This document shows, one piece after another, positions 25,468-38,589 of a stretch of 64,000 bases of DNA. Numbering within the stretch: the first letter of the stretch is position 1; every line of letters starts with the position of its first letter. The translations under genes and the position numbers were made by a program. The notes below the pieces were generated by a model. The model saw only the letters and a program-made list of their open reading frames with translations. It did not search any database and was not told the origin of the DNA. The DNA comes from Octopus sinensis (Eukaryota): the NCBI RefSeq assembly GCF_006345805.1, contig NC_043005.1, forward strand, positions 35,464,001-35,528,000. The letters run 5' to 3'.

Positions 25468-25541
25468 AATCACCTGAAGATTGACTGTAACCACAACTCG
25501 AATTATTACGAATTGGACAGCCATGAAACGATCGTAGTGTT
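25468..25541 (+). ncRNA. Type I minimal hammerhead motif (imperfect stem II)
   Basis: CAC-CUGAAGA-UUGACUGU...ACAGCCAU-GAAA-C GAUC G-UA-GUG. Confidence 0.65.
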
Positions 25542-25694
25542 TTACTCATTATCTTTTTTTAATAATTTTGATATATATTTGAAATAATATAAATTAATTA
25601 ATCTTATGTATTGGCTTAAGTTTTTCATTGTTTGATTTGCCTAACAGTGGTTTTATCTCTAATTTAATATAATATAATATAATATATGTATATA

Positions 25695-26002
25695 CTCTTT
25701 TACTCTTTTACTCTTTTACTTGTTTCAGTCATTTGACTGCGGCCATGCTGGAGCACCGCCTTTAATCGAGCAACTCGACACCGGGACTTATTCTTTGTAG
25801 GCCCAGTACTTATTCTATCGGTCTCTTTTGCCGAACCGCTAAGTAACGGGGACATAAACACACCAGCATCGGTTGTCAAGCAATGCTAGGGGGACAAACA
25901 CACAAACATGCACACACACACATATATATATATATACATATATACGACGGGCTCCTTTCAGTTTCCGTCTACCAAATCCACTCACAAGGCTTTGGTCGGC
26001 CC

Positions 26003-26049
<47 letters not shown>

Positions 26050-26270
26050 TACATATATACATACACACACACACGCACACACGCACACACACACACACAC
26101 ACACAACACACATATATGGCAGGTTCCACAAAGTTTCCGCCCACCAAATCCACCCACATGGCATTAATCAACCCGGTAAAAGACACTTGTCTAAGGTACC
26201 CCTCTGTGGTACTGAACTCGAAACCACGTCGCTTCAAAACAAGTTTTTTAACCGCACACCCGTGCCTGAG
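25695..26270 (-). mobile_element. SINE family A, two nested or overlapping copies
   Basis: Young 3' part (25695-26002) joined through a microsatellite to an older head (26115-26270). Confidence 0.8.
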
Positions 26271-26382
26271 CATAGATCGAAATTCATTGAGCAACACTCT
26301 GTTATGACGAATGAAAACATACTGTCTGTACAGCATGTGTTTGGACAGAAAAGAGTAAATAAGCGAGTGAGTGAGAAAGATT

Positions 26383-26488
<106 letters not shown>

Positions 26489-26589
26489 TGTGTGTGTGTG
26501 TGTGTGCACTTTATTTAAGGGTACATTTACTTTTTATCTCCGCCGTGTCTTGAAATCGAAGCTAAGTATTTACTTGTGTTGAGATCAGT

Positions 26590-27530
26590 GTCCAGTGTTT
26601 TAATTCTGTTTTTTTTTTCTTTTTTGCTAGGTTTTGGGGAAGAGAACAGGACCTCGACCATTGGATATCCTCGAAGGACAGGGGATATTGATATTCGAAC
26701 TCTTGCAGGGAAACATCTGCAGGAAAGATATGATTAGGGAGAAAATTTCAGAGGGATGATATTCAGTGGAGAAAGGACTGTGTGTGTGTGTATGTGTGTG
26801 TGTGTATATATATATGTGTGTGTGTGTGTGTGTGAGAGAGAGAGTGTGTGAGTGTGAATGTGTGAGTGTGTGTGTGAGTGTGTGTGTGAGTGTGTGAGTG
26901 CATGTGTGTGTGAGTGTGTGAGTATGAGTGTGTGTGTGTCTGTGTTTGTGTGAGTGTGTGAGTGTGAGTGTGTGTGAGTGTGTGTGTGAGTGTGTGAGCG
27001 TGAGTGTGTGCGTGTGTGTGAGTGTGTATGCGTAGGGGAACTGAAGATGTTGAATACACCAAGAGTGAAGAGAGTTTGAAAGACGAGTGGGGGCAGGGAT
27101 GCCTGAGTAGTGGAGGTAGAGGCCCGAGGAACAGGGGCCATTACACTATCAATAGAAAGAAAGAAACACACAGAGAGGAGACAGCTCTTAGATGCAATTT
27201 AGTGGCAGCACCGTCCTAGATGTGGCTGCAGCCCTCCATTGAGAGCTTCATTCCAGTCTTGCAGAGTGTCAACAGCTGTTGGTGAGTGAGATATTTCTTG
27301 ACCCTAAAGAGACGGGGGCTGTCTTTGGGATGGAGCCCTAGCCATGATAAGGATGTGCTTTCACCTGCAGAGATCTTCTGTGATAGTAAACTCAGTAGCT
27401 GGAGTGAATGTGAGGGCTCTGTTCGAGTATCGAACATGTTCAGAGGTGCTGATGCTTCCTTGATATGGTTGGTCACGGCTGGAACGTTTTTGATCATAGC
27501 TCTAATCGAACGCCTTTAGCTTTGTGAAAA
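26590..27530 (-). mobile_element. CR1/Jockey-group LINE 3' fragment
   Basis: LFRVKKYLTHQQLLTLCK...MEGCSHI*DGA and SFL..SSL*NFLPNHIFP motifs; split by (TG)/(TGAG) repeats at 26778-27030. Confidence 0.8.
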
Positions 27531-27804
27531 CCACCACTACCACCAATACCATTGCAAACCCCTCACCACCACCACCACCGGCACTGCCACCAACACCGTT
27601 ACCATTACCTCTGCCCCTATTGCTACCACCACCACCGTCACCCCCATCGCTACTACTACCACCACCATCTTTCACGATTAATGCCTTTTAGAAAGGCATG
27701 CCCATCACAAACTTTCCTATTGTCTTCATATCTCAATTAGGAATAGCTTTATCCATTTTATGTTTTCTTTTCGTCTGTGTTACTTTATTTGTCTTTTATC
27801 TTTT

Positions 27805-28326
27805 ATTAATTTCAGTCGTTGGACTGCGGCCATGCTGGAGCACTACCTTGAAGCGTTTATTCGAGTACATCTATTACCGAACCGCTAAGATACGAATACA
27901 TTAACAAACCAACACCGATTTTCAAGTGTTGAGGCGGACAAGCAGATACATACATAGTCAATCCAAACATGAAAACACAAAGAGAAAACGCAACGACGCG
28001 AGGACGTGGAACAAATATACTATTATTGGACGCTCAGGAAGGAAGGGAAGAAGGAGGGTTTAACGTTTCGAGCGGAGCTCTTCGTCAGAAACATAGGAAA
28101 AGGAAAGATCCAGAGAGGGGAAGACGGAGGAAAAAAAAATCGCCAACGGTACACACGCGGCAGCGGGCTTCCACACAGTTTCCGTCCACCAAATGCACTC
28201 ACAAGATTTTGGTCAACCTGGAGCGACAGTAGAATACACTCGCCCAAGTTGCCGCACAGTCGGACTGAACCCGAAACCGTATACTCGCAAAGCGATTTTC
28301 TTAAGCACACAGCCACACCTGCGCCT
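27805..28326 (-). mobile_element. SINE family A interrupted by a PLE tail (27955-28155)
   Basis: Family A blocks on both sides; the insert matches 36642-36730. Confidence 0.75.
28058..28092 (-). ncRNA. Ultra-minimal type I hammerhead (35 nt)
   Basis: GUUU-CUGACGA-A-GAGC ucc GCUC-GAAA-CG-UU-AAAC; stem III reduced to palindromic ACGU. Confidence 0.75.
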
Positions 28327-28336
28327 AAATAATTGC

Positions 28337-28408
28337 TTCTCTGGCGGGGAATCGAACCCCGCTCTCTCACCCGACCAGCAGAGATACTTACCACAATACT
28401 ACCGAAGG
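28337..28408 (-). pseudogene. tRNA-Asp(GTC) pseudogene
   Basis: 72 nt colinear with metazoan tRNA-Asp (TAGTATtGTGGT.AGTATC, CGGGGTTCGATTCCCCG); acceptor and anticodon stems mismatched. Confidence 0.75.
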
Positions 28409-28868
28409 TATATTTATATATTCTTTTATATATTTATTATTGGCAGCTTTCCATCATAAACGTCATGTGACCTATCAACATGTAGTAATAAGGATAACTC
28501 AAACCAGCTGAGGTATAAATACACACACACACACGTTTGGGGGTGATAGAGCAGGGCATCAAAAAGTCATTAAGGATCTCCAGTACCCGTTGTTTTGTGT
28601 CTATTTTAGAAGTAGATAAAATTATATACATGTGTGTGTGTGTGTGTGTATGTGTGTGTGTGTGTGCTAAAGATCTATATTTATATATATATTAGAGACA
28701 GGTATATCATTATAAGTGTGTGCTTATATTTTAGACATATATATCATTATACGTGTGTGCGTATATATTTTGATGGGTATATGCGCATGCATATTTTAGC
28801 TGTGTGTATTAATATATGTGTGTATATTTGAGGTTATATACATATGTATATGTGTGTGCGCGCATATA

Positions 28869-29822
28869 CAGAGTGCGATAGGTAAATTGTCACCATTTTA
28901 TAGTTTTAATTTCGTGCATGTGCATTATTTGTTTTTGATTCTTGATTTTGTCGACTAAACAGCATAGTAGGGTCAGTTGAGCACCGTCTGTGAGAAAAAC
29001 AGCACCATGACGCAATTCACTCTGTCAGAAGTTTGGAAACGACATGCTGTACTGCTTAGCATTCACGCCAGAAGCTCAAATGCGAACATTTCAAAGTGTT
29101 TGGGTATCAATCTGAAGACAGTGCAAAGAATTCGGAAATAGTTGGATGAGTCTAATGGTGATTATGAAGGTGCGGCAGCTCGGAAAACTCAATCTGATCG
29201 TTCTGATAAGAAAAGAACTCCTAAATTTGTTGGTGAGATCCAGGTCATGATTCACAACGATCCCTCCAAGTCAATCAAGTTCATCTCCAGGGAGTGCATG
29301 AAGACATTTGGTATTCCTCATACAAGATGAGAAAGAGGCCAATTTTTATCCCAAGCCATCAAGGACAAGAAAATAGACCGCACTACGAAGTATTGGAACA
29401 AACTCAAGCATCCCCTCCAATTGAACGTTATTTAGTTTTTCTCAGACGAGAAAAATTTCTGCTAGGATCAGATGATGAACACACAGAACAACCGCTGACT
29501 TGCCATGTCCCCAAAACATGTACCGAGAGTAATAAAAATCAAACATCCAGTCAACACCATGGTGTTTGGAGTGATCACTAGTGATGGCGACGTTATGCCT
29601 CCATTTCTCTTCCACACGGAGGCCGATATCAAGTATCTGGAGGATGTAGTGCTGCCATGGGTCAAGAGGGTGGCTGCTGGAAGACCCTATGTCTAGAAAC
29701 AGGACTCTGCACCATGTCACACAAGCAGAAGTACCCGTCATGGCTGTCAGACAATTTCTGCCATCACATCACCCCTAACACCCGACCCCCCAACTCCCCA
29801 GGCTGAAAACCCTTGATTAATA
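28869..29822 (+). mobile_element. Tc1/mariner DD37D (maT-like) transposon, 3'-truncated and decayed
   Basis: TA|cagagtgcgata end; FSDEKNF, VFGVITSDGDVMPP, QDSAPCHTS motifs. Confidence 0.85.
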
Positions 29823-30640
29823 TCAATAATCATCATGGAAACCCAAGAAACTCACGATTTACGACGAACAATCCCATACGTCCTGAATGTCCCAATAAAC
29901 AGAAGATGGGAAGAAGACAGAACCTATAGACAACGAAATACGTACAAAGAACATGAACCATCCCCTCACCTACTAGGGAACCAGAACACCAGAAACAGAA
30001 AATGGAAACACAATAATACAATTCCTTTTTTAGGGAGAAAATACCACAATCGCGAACCAAACCCGACGCAACAGAAAGTTTTAATGAGTACACAGAATAT
30101 ATAAGCCCAAAGATCATAAATTTCTCAAATAGAAACCTCAAAAAGAATTAATCTCCTATTGAAAGGTTTCAAATTTACACCGACACCCACCCCTAATCTC
30201 ACTGAACTAAAAGCTGATATGGAGCATTCCAACCATCACCTCCAGCTTATAGAAATCTTCGGTAATAAGGACGAATCAATTATCAGAAATAAATCCCACT
30301 TCATCTACTACAAGGGGAATGACAAACATTTAGACTCATGTATAGACACAAGTTCGAAATATCCCATAAGAACCTGTAAATGCAAACAAAACCTTCGTGA
30401 AGAAGAAAAGGAACCCTTACTAACACGGGAGGATGACAATTCAGTCATCCTAAAAGAAGTCGATAAGAGAGGGGTGAAAGTAATCATGGACAAAGACTAC
30501 TATAAAAATGAAATATTGGAAATTCTAACAGACCAAACGTACTACAAGGGAAAACCAAGACATCCGGAAAAAGTAATAGTGAATAAAATCAAAATATTAA
30601 TTAATGAATACCAAGATTCCTTCATAGACGAGGAGAAAGA
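29823..30640 (+). mobile_element. Penelope-like ORF N-terminal fragment
   Basis: IINFSNRNL, LLKGFKFTPTP, ILKEVDKRGVKVIMDKDYY (the ADKG motif region preceding PLE RT). Confidence 0.85.
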
Positions 30641-30782
30641 TATATATATATATATATTTCTCTCGAAACGTAAAATACTTTTTCTATTCCTGAGCGTTAT
30701 ACTAATACATCTGTTTGTTTTGTACACCACCTGTCATCGTCTTTTGTTTTTTTCGTAAACTCTCCCTATATATATGTATGTA

Positions 30783-30821
<39 letters not shown>

Positions 30822-30833
30822 GTGTGTGTGTGT

Positions 30834-30897
<64 letters not shown>

Positions 30898-30941
30898 CAG
30901 GATTAAACGAAAAGACAGCAAACGGAAAGTGTATATATATA

Positions 30942-31420
30942 TTGGGTCATTCCATAAATAATGCGGTTTTTTCAATTGCATGAAATAGATGTCGAAGGGA
31001 GGCGGGATAAACTACCTGCATCAACCTGCTATAAAAGCAGGTAGTAATTTTACCTTGTGCTAATTCTTAATACAAGTTTTGAAGAATGTAAGCAGTTATT
31101 TTTTCAAAGCTCTAATGGAAATGACAAAGGAACATATTCGGCATATTTTGCCCCATCTGATTATCATTTATTTAGCGGTCTTCAAAATCATTCGGAGGGA
31201 AAAAATATGAATTCTGCAGACGAGGTCAGAACACTACTGGGATAGTATTTTTCGTCACGGACAAGTGAATTTTGGAAGAGGGACCTTGAAAGTCAACCAG
31301 ATAAATGGAAGAGCATTGTAGAAAATGAAGGAGAGTATATTTTGGATTAAAAAAGAACTTTGCTTATCTTAATTTTGTAAAACAAAAGTATAAAAACCGC
31401 ATTTTTATGAGATAACTCAA
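30942..31420 (+). mobile_element. Internally deleted mariner with both TIRs
   Basis: TA|ttgggtcattccataaataatgcggtttt ... aaaaccgcatttttatgagataactcaa|TA; APSDYHLF motif. Confidence 0.9.
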
Positions 31421-31435
31421 TATATGTGTCTTTAA

Positions 31436-31473
<38 letters not shown>

Positions 31474-31531
31474 CTCTTTCTCTCACTCTCTCTCTTTCTC
31501 TCCCTCTCTCTCTCTCTCTATATATATATAT

Positions 31532-31877
31532 AGGGTAAAGACCCCCTTCGGTCATGAATGACCATGGGATTGCACCTAGAAAGTTACCCTCCTAGACACA
31601 AGTCTGGGCAAGATTTTTTTTTAATGGAAGGCCAGCAGTCGCCCATGCATACCAGCCTCCCCTCTCCACGCCACCTGTGTTATCCAAGGGAAAGACAAAG
31701 GTCGATACAGCTTGGCACCAGTGACGTCGCAACTCATTTCTACAGCTGAGTGAACTGGAGCAACGTGAAATAAAGTGCCTTGCACGAGAACACAACACGC
31801 AGCCCGGTCCGGGATTCGAGCTCACAACCTCACGATCGTAAGCTCGACGCTCTAACCACTGAGCCACGCGCCTTCAC
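31532..31877 (-). mobile_element. SINE family C, full length
   Basis: Head gtgaaggcgcgtggctcagtggttagagcg...tcgaatccc; CORE-like body; distinct tail. Confidence 0.88.
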
Positions 31878-32001
31878 ATATATATATATATATACGTACG
31901 TGCATACATATATTAAATATAATTGTTAAACAGGATATCAAACATTAAGGCAAGGCAAATATATCAAGTCATATACAATATATTTTAGGAAGAAATTCAA
32001 A

Positions 32002-32057
32002 ATCTTACAGCTCTTTCTAGGATATCGCCGAGTAGGGGATATTCCGTCATCAGAGAC
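32002..32057 (-). ncRNA. Hammerhead motif, partly decayed
   Basis: GUCU-CUGAUGA-cggaauauc...gauauccua-GAAA-gAGCUG-UA-AGAU. Confidence 0.55.
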
Positions 32058-32249
32058 AAATTGGGGAAAGATATGGAAAATGAGAATGGTTTATATCAAA
32101 AAGATGACAACATAGAGAAAGGGAGTAAAAGAATAAGGTGATGGAAAGAGAGAAAGAGTAAACCCCCATACTTTGTTCATACACACATACATACATACAT
32201 ACATACATACATACATACATACATACATACATACATACATACATACATA

Positions 32250-32545
32250 CATGGGTGTTTGTGTGTGTGTTTGTCACTTCACCATCGCTTGACAACTGAT
32301 TTTGGTGTGTCTACGTTCCCGTAACTTAGCATTTCGGCTATGAGACCGATAGAATAATATAGTAAGAATTTACAAAAAAAAAACCAAAAAAAAAAAAACG
32401 AAGACGGGTGTGTAAATAACAAACAGATGTATTAGTTTATACTAGGCTTATAAAGAATAAGCCCTGGGGTCGATTTGTTCGACTAAGCGCGGTGCTCCAG
32501 CATGGCTGCAGATAAATGACTGAAACAAATAAAAGAATAAAAGAA
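32250..32545 (+). mobile_element. SINE family A 3' half with PLE-tail insertion (about 32360-32440)
   Basis: Family A blocks interrupted by sequence homologous to 13112-13175. Confidence 0.7.
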
Positions 32546-32624
32546 TATATATTGTAAGAGATTTATTTTGTGTCCCTTTGAAAGGATACCTACGTGTATT
32601 TACATACAAGCAAAGATGCATGCA

Positions 32625-32662
<38 letters not shown>

Positions 32663-33181
32663 TATATAATATATATATAAAAGTATAGAAACCCGCATTA
32701 TTTATGGGGTGATCCAATATATATATATACATCTATATGCATGTATGTATGTATGTATGTATGTATGTATGTATGTATGTATGTATGTATGTATGTATGT
32801 ACGTATCATTTCACGAAAATGTACAAGAATTTGCTAAGAATGTTCGAAGGATTAAAGAGATTATTTAAATTCAGTGCTGGGTTTTGATTAGATACTGAGG
32901 AAGGAGTTTTAATTTCCAGAGCTGTTCATGTATTCATTCAATACTCCGACATCACATTCTAAAATTTTCCACATTCTTCTGAACAAACTTATAGACACTT
33001 TTTCGTATTACTTGAAAACAGAGATTATTTTGTTGTATTCTTTTGAAAGAATACCTATGTAAATTTATATACAGGCATACATGCATATATATAATATACA
33101 TATACATACATATATAAATATATATATATATATACATACATACATATATCTACATACATGCATACACACACACACACACAC

Positions 33182-33213
<32 letters not shown>

Positions 33214-33214
<1 letters not shown>

Positions 33215-33407
33215 TCTTTTACTTGTTTCAGTCATTTGACTGCGGCCATGCTGGAACACCGCGTTAGTCAAACAAATCGACCCCAGGAATATTCTTTGTA
33301 AATATAGCACTTATTCTATCGGTTTTTTTTGCCGAACTGCTAGATTACGGGGACATAAACTCACCATCATCGGTTGTCAAGCGATGTTGAGGGGACAGAC
33401 ACAAACA

Positions 33408-33410
<3 letters not shown>
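33214..33410 (-). mobile_element. SINE family A 3' half
   Basis: Homology to the family A tail. Confidence 0.85.
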
Positions 33411-33489
<79 letters not shown>

Positions 33490-33492
<3 letters not shown>

Positions 33493-34030
33493 GAGGCGCA
33501 ATGGCCTAGTGGTTAGGGCAGCGGACTCGCGTCGTAGGATCGCGGTTTCGATTCCCAGACCGGGCGTTGTGAGTGTTTATTGAGCGAAAACGGCTAAAGC
33601 TCCACGAGGCTCCGGCAGGGGGTGGTGGCGATCCTTGCTGTACTCTTTCGCCACAACTTTTTCTCACTCTTTCTTCTGTTGGCCTGCTCGCTTAGCCAGC
33701 GGGGTGGCGTCATTTGAAGGCTAAAACAATTCGAAGCGCATTTTGACCAGCGATGTTTAACAACATCTGATGGCCTGGTCGGTCACGGTGATATATATAT
33801 ATATATATGTGTGTATGTATATATATATGTGGAATTGAAACGCACAATGGTCCAGTGGTTAGGGCAGCGGACTCGTGGTCGGAGGATCGCAGTTTCGATT
33901 CCCAGACCGGGCGTTGAGTGTGTTTATCGAGCGAAAATACCTAAAGCTCCACGAGGCGCCGGCAGGAGGTGGTGGCGATCCCTACTGTACTCTTTCGCCA
34001 CAACTTTCTTTCACTCTTTCTTCTGTTGCT
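33490..34030 (+). mobile_element. Two tandem SINE family C copies (33490-33792 and 33830-34030)
   Basis: Repeated head gcgcaatggc..agtggttagggcagcggactcg...ggtttcgattccc. Confidence 0.88.
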
Positions 34031-35550
34031 AAAAAAAGTACTAAGAAATATTAATAATGAAATTAGAGAAATTACTGGGCTTCAACAATGGAATAACAGT
34101 TTTACTGTATTAGTTTGGTTTAAGAATATCGGGAATAAGAATAAGGCTAAATTAATCCACTTTGATATTATAGACATTTATCCCTCTGTATCTAGATCGC
34201 TGCTTGATAAAGCTATTGAATTTGCTAAATTATATGTTGATATTGACCCTATAAACCTAGATTTTATCAGGCATGCGAGGAAAACACTATTGTTTAGTAA
34301 AGGATTAGCATGGGTAAAAAAGTCGCATAATGACAAACTAAATGATGTATCTATGCGGTCATATGATAGTGCTGATGTCTGTGATCTTGTGGGTTTATTT
34401 ATATTAAACACATTGAGATATAGATGCCCGGCTCATGACAATGGCCTATACCGTGACGATGGTTTAGGTATTTCTCATGGGTGTGATGGTCACACCCTTG
34501 ATAGAATTAGAAAGCAACTACTTTCTATCCTTAATCAAATTACAGTGGCTACTAATCTCTGTATTGCTGATTATTTAGATGTTTCCCTAAATTTAAACTC
34601 GTATAAACCTTTCCATAAGCCTAATGAGAAACTCGCACATATACATAAACAGACGTGTCACTCTCCTGTAGTATTTAAAAACCCGGTAGTTATTAGTAAC
34701 AGGGTGTCTAACCTCTCTTCTTCCAAAGAAATTTTCGAGTAAGTTTCCCCGTATTTATAACAAGGCCCTAGCCAATAGTGACTTCAAAGATAAATTAATA
34801 TATAGTCCCTCTAATAATAATCAAAATATTAATAATAGATCTAGTGGCATCAAAGATAAAGTAGTACTTAACCACTCTAGTATTAATCAGGATAATAAGA
34901 AACCTAAACATAGGCCAAGGAAATTTATTTTCTTCGCCCCTCCCTTAATATAAAATCTAAAAGATTCCTGTTACTCTTAGACAAACACTTTCCAGCTACT
35001 CACATGTACAGAAAAATATTCAATAGGCGTTCTGTAAAATTATCATATAACTGCTGCCCCAATATGAAGAGTATCATCACACGTGGTCAACACCAAGAAT
35101 CTGAATCCAGCTGCAACTGTCGCGACCCAGGGTCCTGTGAACTTGACCAACGATATAAACTAAATCTATGATATATGAGGCAGAAATTACTGTAACCCTA
35201 AATAATAATACAACTGATAAGAAGAACTATATTGGATTATGGGAAGGTGAATTTTAAAATCGCTATGTCAATCACATAGCCTCCTTCCGACATAGGGACA
35301 AAAGTAAAGCTTACTACGTTGGTTACCTACGTGTGGACTTTGAAAGATAACGAAAGACAGCATGTAATTAAATGGAAAGTAATTGAGAAAGCCACACCTT
35401 ATGTGAATGGATCGAATAAATGTAGACTTTGTTTGGCTGAACGAGCGCAGATCCTATTCAGATCTATGATTCTTAAGCCTCTTAAACTCCAGGTCAGAAA
35501 TTTTCAGTAGTTGCATGCATATGTATAAATATATTTTGGAGAATTGGAAA
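34030..35550 (+). mobile_element. Penelope-like element RT plus GIY-YIG endonuclease (Naiad-like), pseudogenised
   Basis: QWNNS, FDIIDIYPS, GLYRDDGL, DYLDVSLNL, CNCRD...C, IYEA, YIGL, CRLCLAE motifs; stops and frameshifts. Confidence 0.9.
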
Positions 35551-35814
35551 ACGTCGCAGTCTGTTGCAGGATCACACATTTACAGCTGAACGGACTGGAA
35601 TAGCAAGAAATGAAATGTTTTGTTCAATATCACAACGCACCGCCCGTCTGGGAATTGAAACCACAATCTTGCGATGTTGAGCGAAGCCCCCTAAAGACAA
35701 GACCACGTGCCTTCACATATACATATGCGCGAGTGTGCCTCTCTTTCTCTCTCTATATATTTTTACACACACACACATGTACGCACACACGGGTATATAT
35801 ATATATATATATAT

Positions 35815-36043
35815 TTCTTTATTGCCCACAAGGGGCTAAACATAGAGGGGACAAATAAGGACAGACAAAGGGATTAAGTCGATTACAACGACCCCAGTGC
35901 GAAACTGGTACTTTATTTATCGACCCCGAAAGGATGAAAGGCAAAGTCGACCTCGGCGGAATTTGAACTCAGAACGTAGCGGCAGACGAAATAACGCTAA
36001 GCATTTCACCCGACGTGCTAACGATTCTGCCAGCTCGCCGCCT
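35815..36043 (-). mobile_element. SINE family B, full length
   Basis: Head ggcggcgagctggcagaatcgttagc; Meta-like domain; tail tttagccccttgtgggcaataaagaaat. Confidence 0.9.
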
Positions 36044-36573
36044 TACACACATATGTATGTGTGTATGTGTGTATGTGTGTGTGTGTGTGTATATGTGTGC
36101 GTGTATATATATTGTGTGCTTGTTAATTTTGTCTATTTCTCTTTATGAAGGTTTCTGTTTTCCACTTTGTTCATTTGTAAAGAAATACATAGTTGTGCCT
36201 GTGAATAAAGGCGTTTAAATACATACATACATATACATGTGTGCGTGTGCGCACGCGCGTTATTTATGGAGATGCATGTGATTCTGTGTATGTGTAGAGA
36301 GACTCTGTGTGTGTGAATTCTGCTTGTATGTTTTATTTGTGACGAGGATGGCTGAGCTAGATTTAGTATTTTTAGAAAGTGTTTGTTTAGGCTCTATTTT
36401 TAATCTCTGCTTTTCCCATGTGATATCTACCACGCATCTTTACTTACAAACACAAATGTGCTCTTCTCTCATACATATCAACATAAAATACGAACACGCG
36501 CATTGAACAACAATACACTCACATACATATGTATATGTGTGTGAGTGTGTTTGTGCCCGTGTATCTATCTAGC

Positions 36574-36643
<70 letters not shown>

Positions 36644-37010
36644 GTTAATCCAAACAAGAAAGCACAAAAAACACAACAACGCGAGGACGTGGAACAAATA
36701 TAGTATTATTGGACGGTCAGGAAAGAAGGAACGTATATCTACATGTACATACATATATACAACATACACAAGCGCGTGCGCGCACACACACATATACACA
36801 CTCATATGAGAAACGGAAGATGGGAGTTACGAGCTGGAGCGAAACAATTGTAGTGATTAATAAATATTCTCGTATCTTCCAACTTGTGTCCCTGTCATTA
36901 ACCAAATACACAACGAACACTGTGAAAGTGAACGTGCTTTACGGTAAGCTATCAGGTATATATACCATATGATATTTTTATATAATAAAAGGAATATATA
37001 TATGTATATA

Positions 37011-37409
37011 GGCGCAGGAGTGGCTGTGTGGTAAGTAGCTTGCTTACTAACCACATGGTTCCGGGTTCAGTTCCACTGCGTGGCATCTTGGGCAAGTGTC
37101 TTCTGCTATAGCTCCGGGCCGACCAATGCCTTGTGAGTGGATTTGGTAGACGGAAACTGAAAGAAGCCTGTCGTATATATGTATATATATATATGTATGT
37201 GTGTGTGTTTGTGTGTCTGTGTTTGTCCCCCTAGCATTGCTTGACAACCGATGCTGGTGTGTTTACGTCCCCTTCACCTAGCGGTTCGGCCAAAGAGACC
37301 GATAGAATAAGTACTGGGCTTACAAAGAATAAGTCCCGGGGTCGATTTGCTCGACTAAAGGCGGTGCTCCAGCATGGCCACAGTCAAATGATTGAAACAA
37401 GTAAAGAGT
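37011..37409 (+). mobile_element. SINE family A, full length
   Basis: ggcgcaggagtggctgtgtggtaag head through gaaacaagtaaagagta tail. Confidence 0.92.
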
Positions 37410-38004
37410 ATATGTGAATGTATGTATATGTGTGTGTGTATTTTACATATAGATACATATATACGCAAGACATAATACACGCGCGCACACACTCACTCAC
37501 TTACACACACACACACACACAGTATTTAATGTAAGCGTACAATTTCTTAAATCATCACCTTAGCTACGTAATCTAAACAAATTAAAATAGATACTTATAT
37601 ATCTCCTTAGGCAGAAAAATATTGGAATAGTCCTTAATAATTTGACTGGGATTGCCCTAAACTTCTTTATTCCCCTTTTAGAAGTTTATCTCAGCAGTTC
37701 TTTAATTTTCTGTCCACAACGAGAATGCTTATTTATATCCAATCAAGTTAGAAGCCAGATGCATTACCGTGCAATCATTGTAACGCGCTAGATAGATTTC
37801 GATAAATGTCCGAATAGTTGTGAAACCAGTCATGACTACAAATATTAGCCACATACAGATATAAAATGTTATATATACTACGCAGCGCTGCTTTTAAGTT
37901 TAATATTGACGGTAAATATATTTTAAATTTCAAATAATGCAACTTTCGATATAACCAGTTGAAGTCTTTAACCATTAATTACAAAACATTATTAATTAGA
38001 GTTG

Positions 38005-38222
38005 TAAGGCGGTGAACCGACAGAATCGTTAGTGCGTCGGACAAAATGCTTAGTGGCATTTCGTCCGTTTTTATGTTCTGGGCTCAAATTTCGCCGTGTT
38101 GAAATTTGCGTTTCATCCTTTCAGGGTCGATAAAATTAGTACCATTTGAGTGCTAGGATCGAAGTAATAGACTTATCCCCTACCCTGATATTATTATCCT
38201 TGTGCCAAAATTTAAAATCATT
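38005..38222 (+). mobile_element. SINE family B
   Basis: tttcatcctttcagggtcgataaaattagtacc. Confidence 0.8.
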
Positions 38223-38589
38223 ATTAATTAAGTCAGTTGATTCAAAACGGTACAGGGAAAGCGAATCAACAAGGGCGGAGAATATGTAGGCCGTTATACG
38301 AGCTGTAGGGAACAGCGTTTGTCCTGCACTAAAACATGGCGCTGCATTATGTATTTCATGTCACTATAATATATTTGAGTGATGGCTGTCATATCACGGG
38401 TAATCTTGAAAGTATACTTTTGACATCCTGGGTAATATCAGAAAATATAGCATACATACAATAATTATAATTTAACTTATATTAAATTTCTTGCTGTTTA
38501 TACAAGATGAAATGAATACTAAATAAAATTAAATAAAGCAAATTTGTTTATTTCAAATAAATATATTTTATGTTCTTGTAAATTTTACC

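Noticed and set aside
31800-31877. Functional tRNA genes at SINE heads
   Set aside because: Cloverleaves are incomplete and run directly into SINE bodies
33969-34742. 257-aa ORF as a signal-peptide RT fusion protein
   Set aside because: The N-terminus is SINE sequence with a GTG start, fortuitously in frame with a broken PLE RT
35100-35530. Selenocysteine recoding as reported for some Naiad PLEs
   Set aside because: The visible Cys positions use TGT/TGC; stops look like ordinary decay
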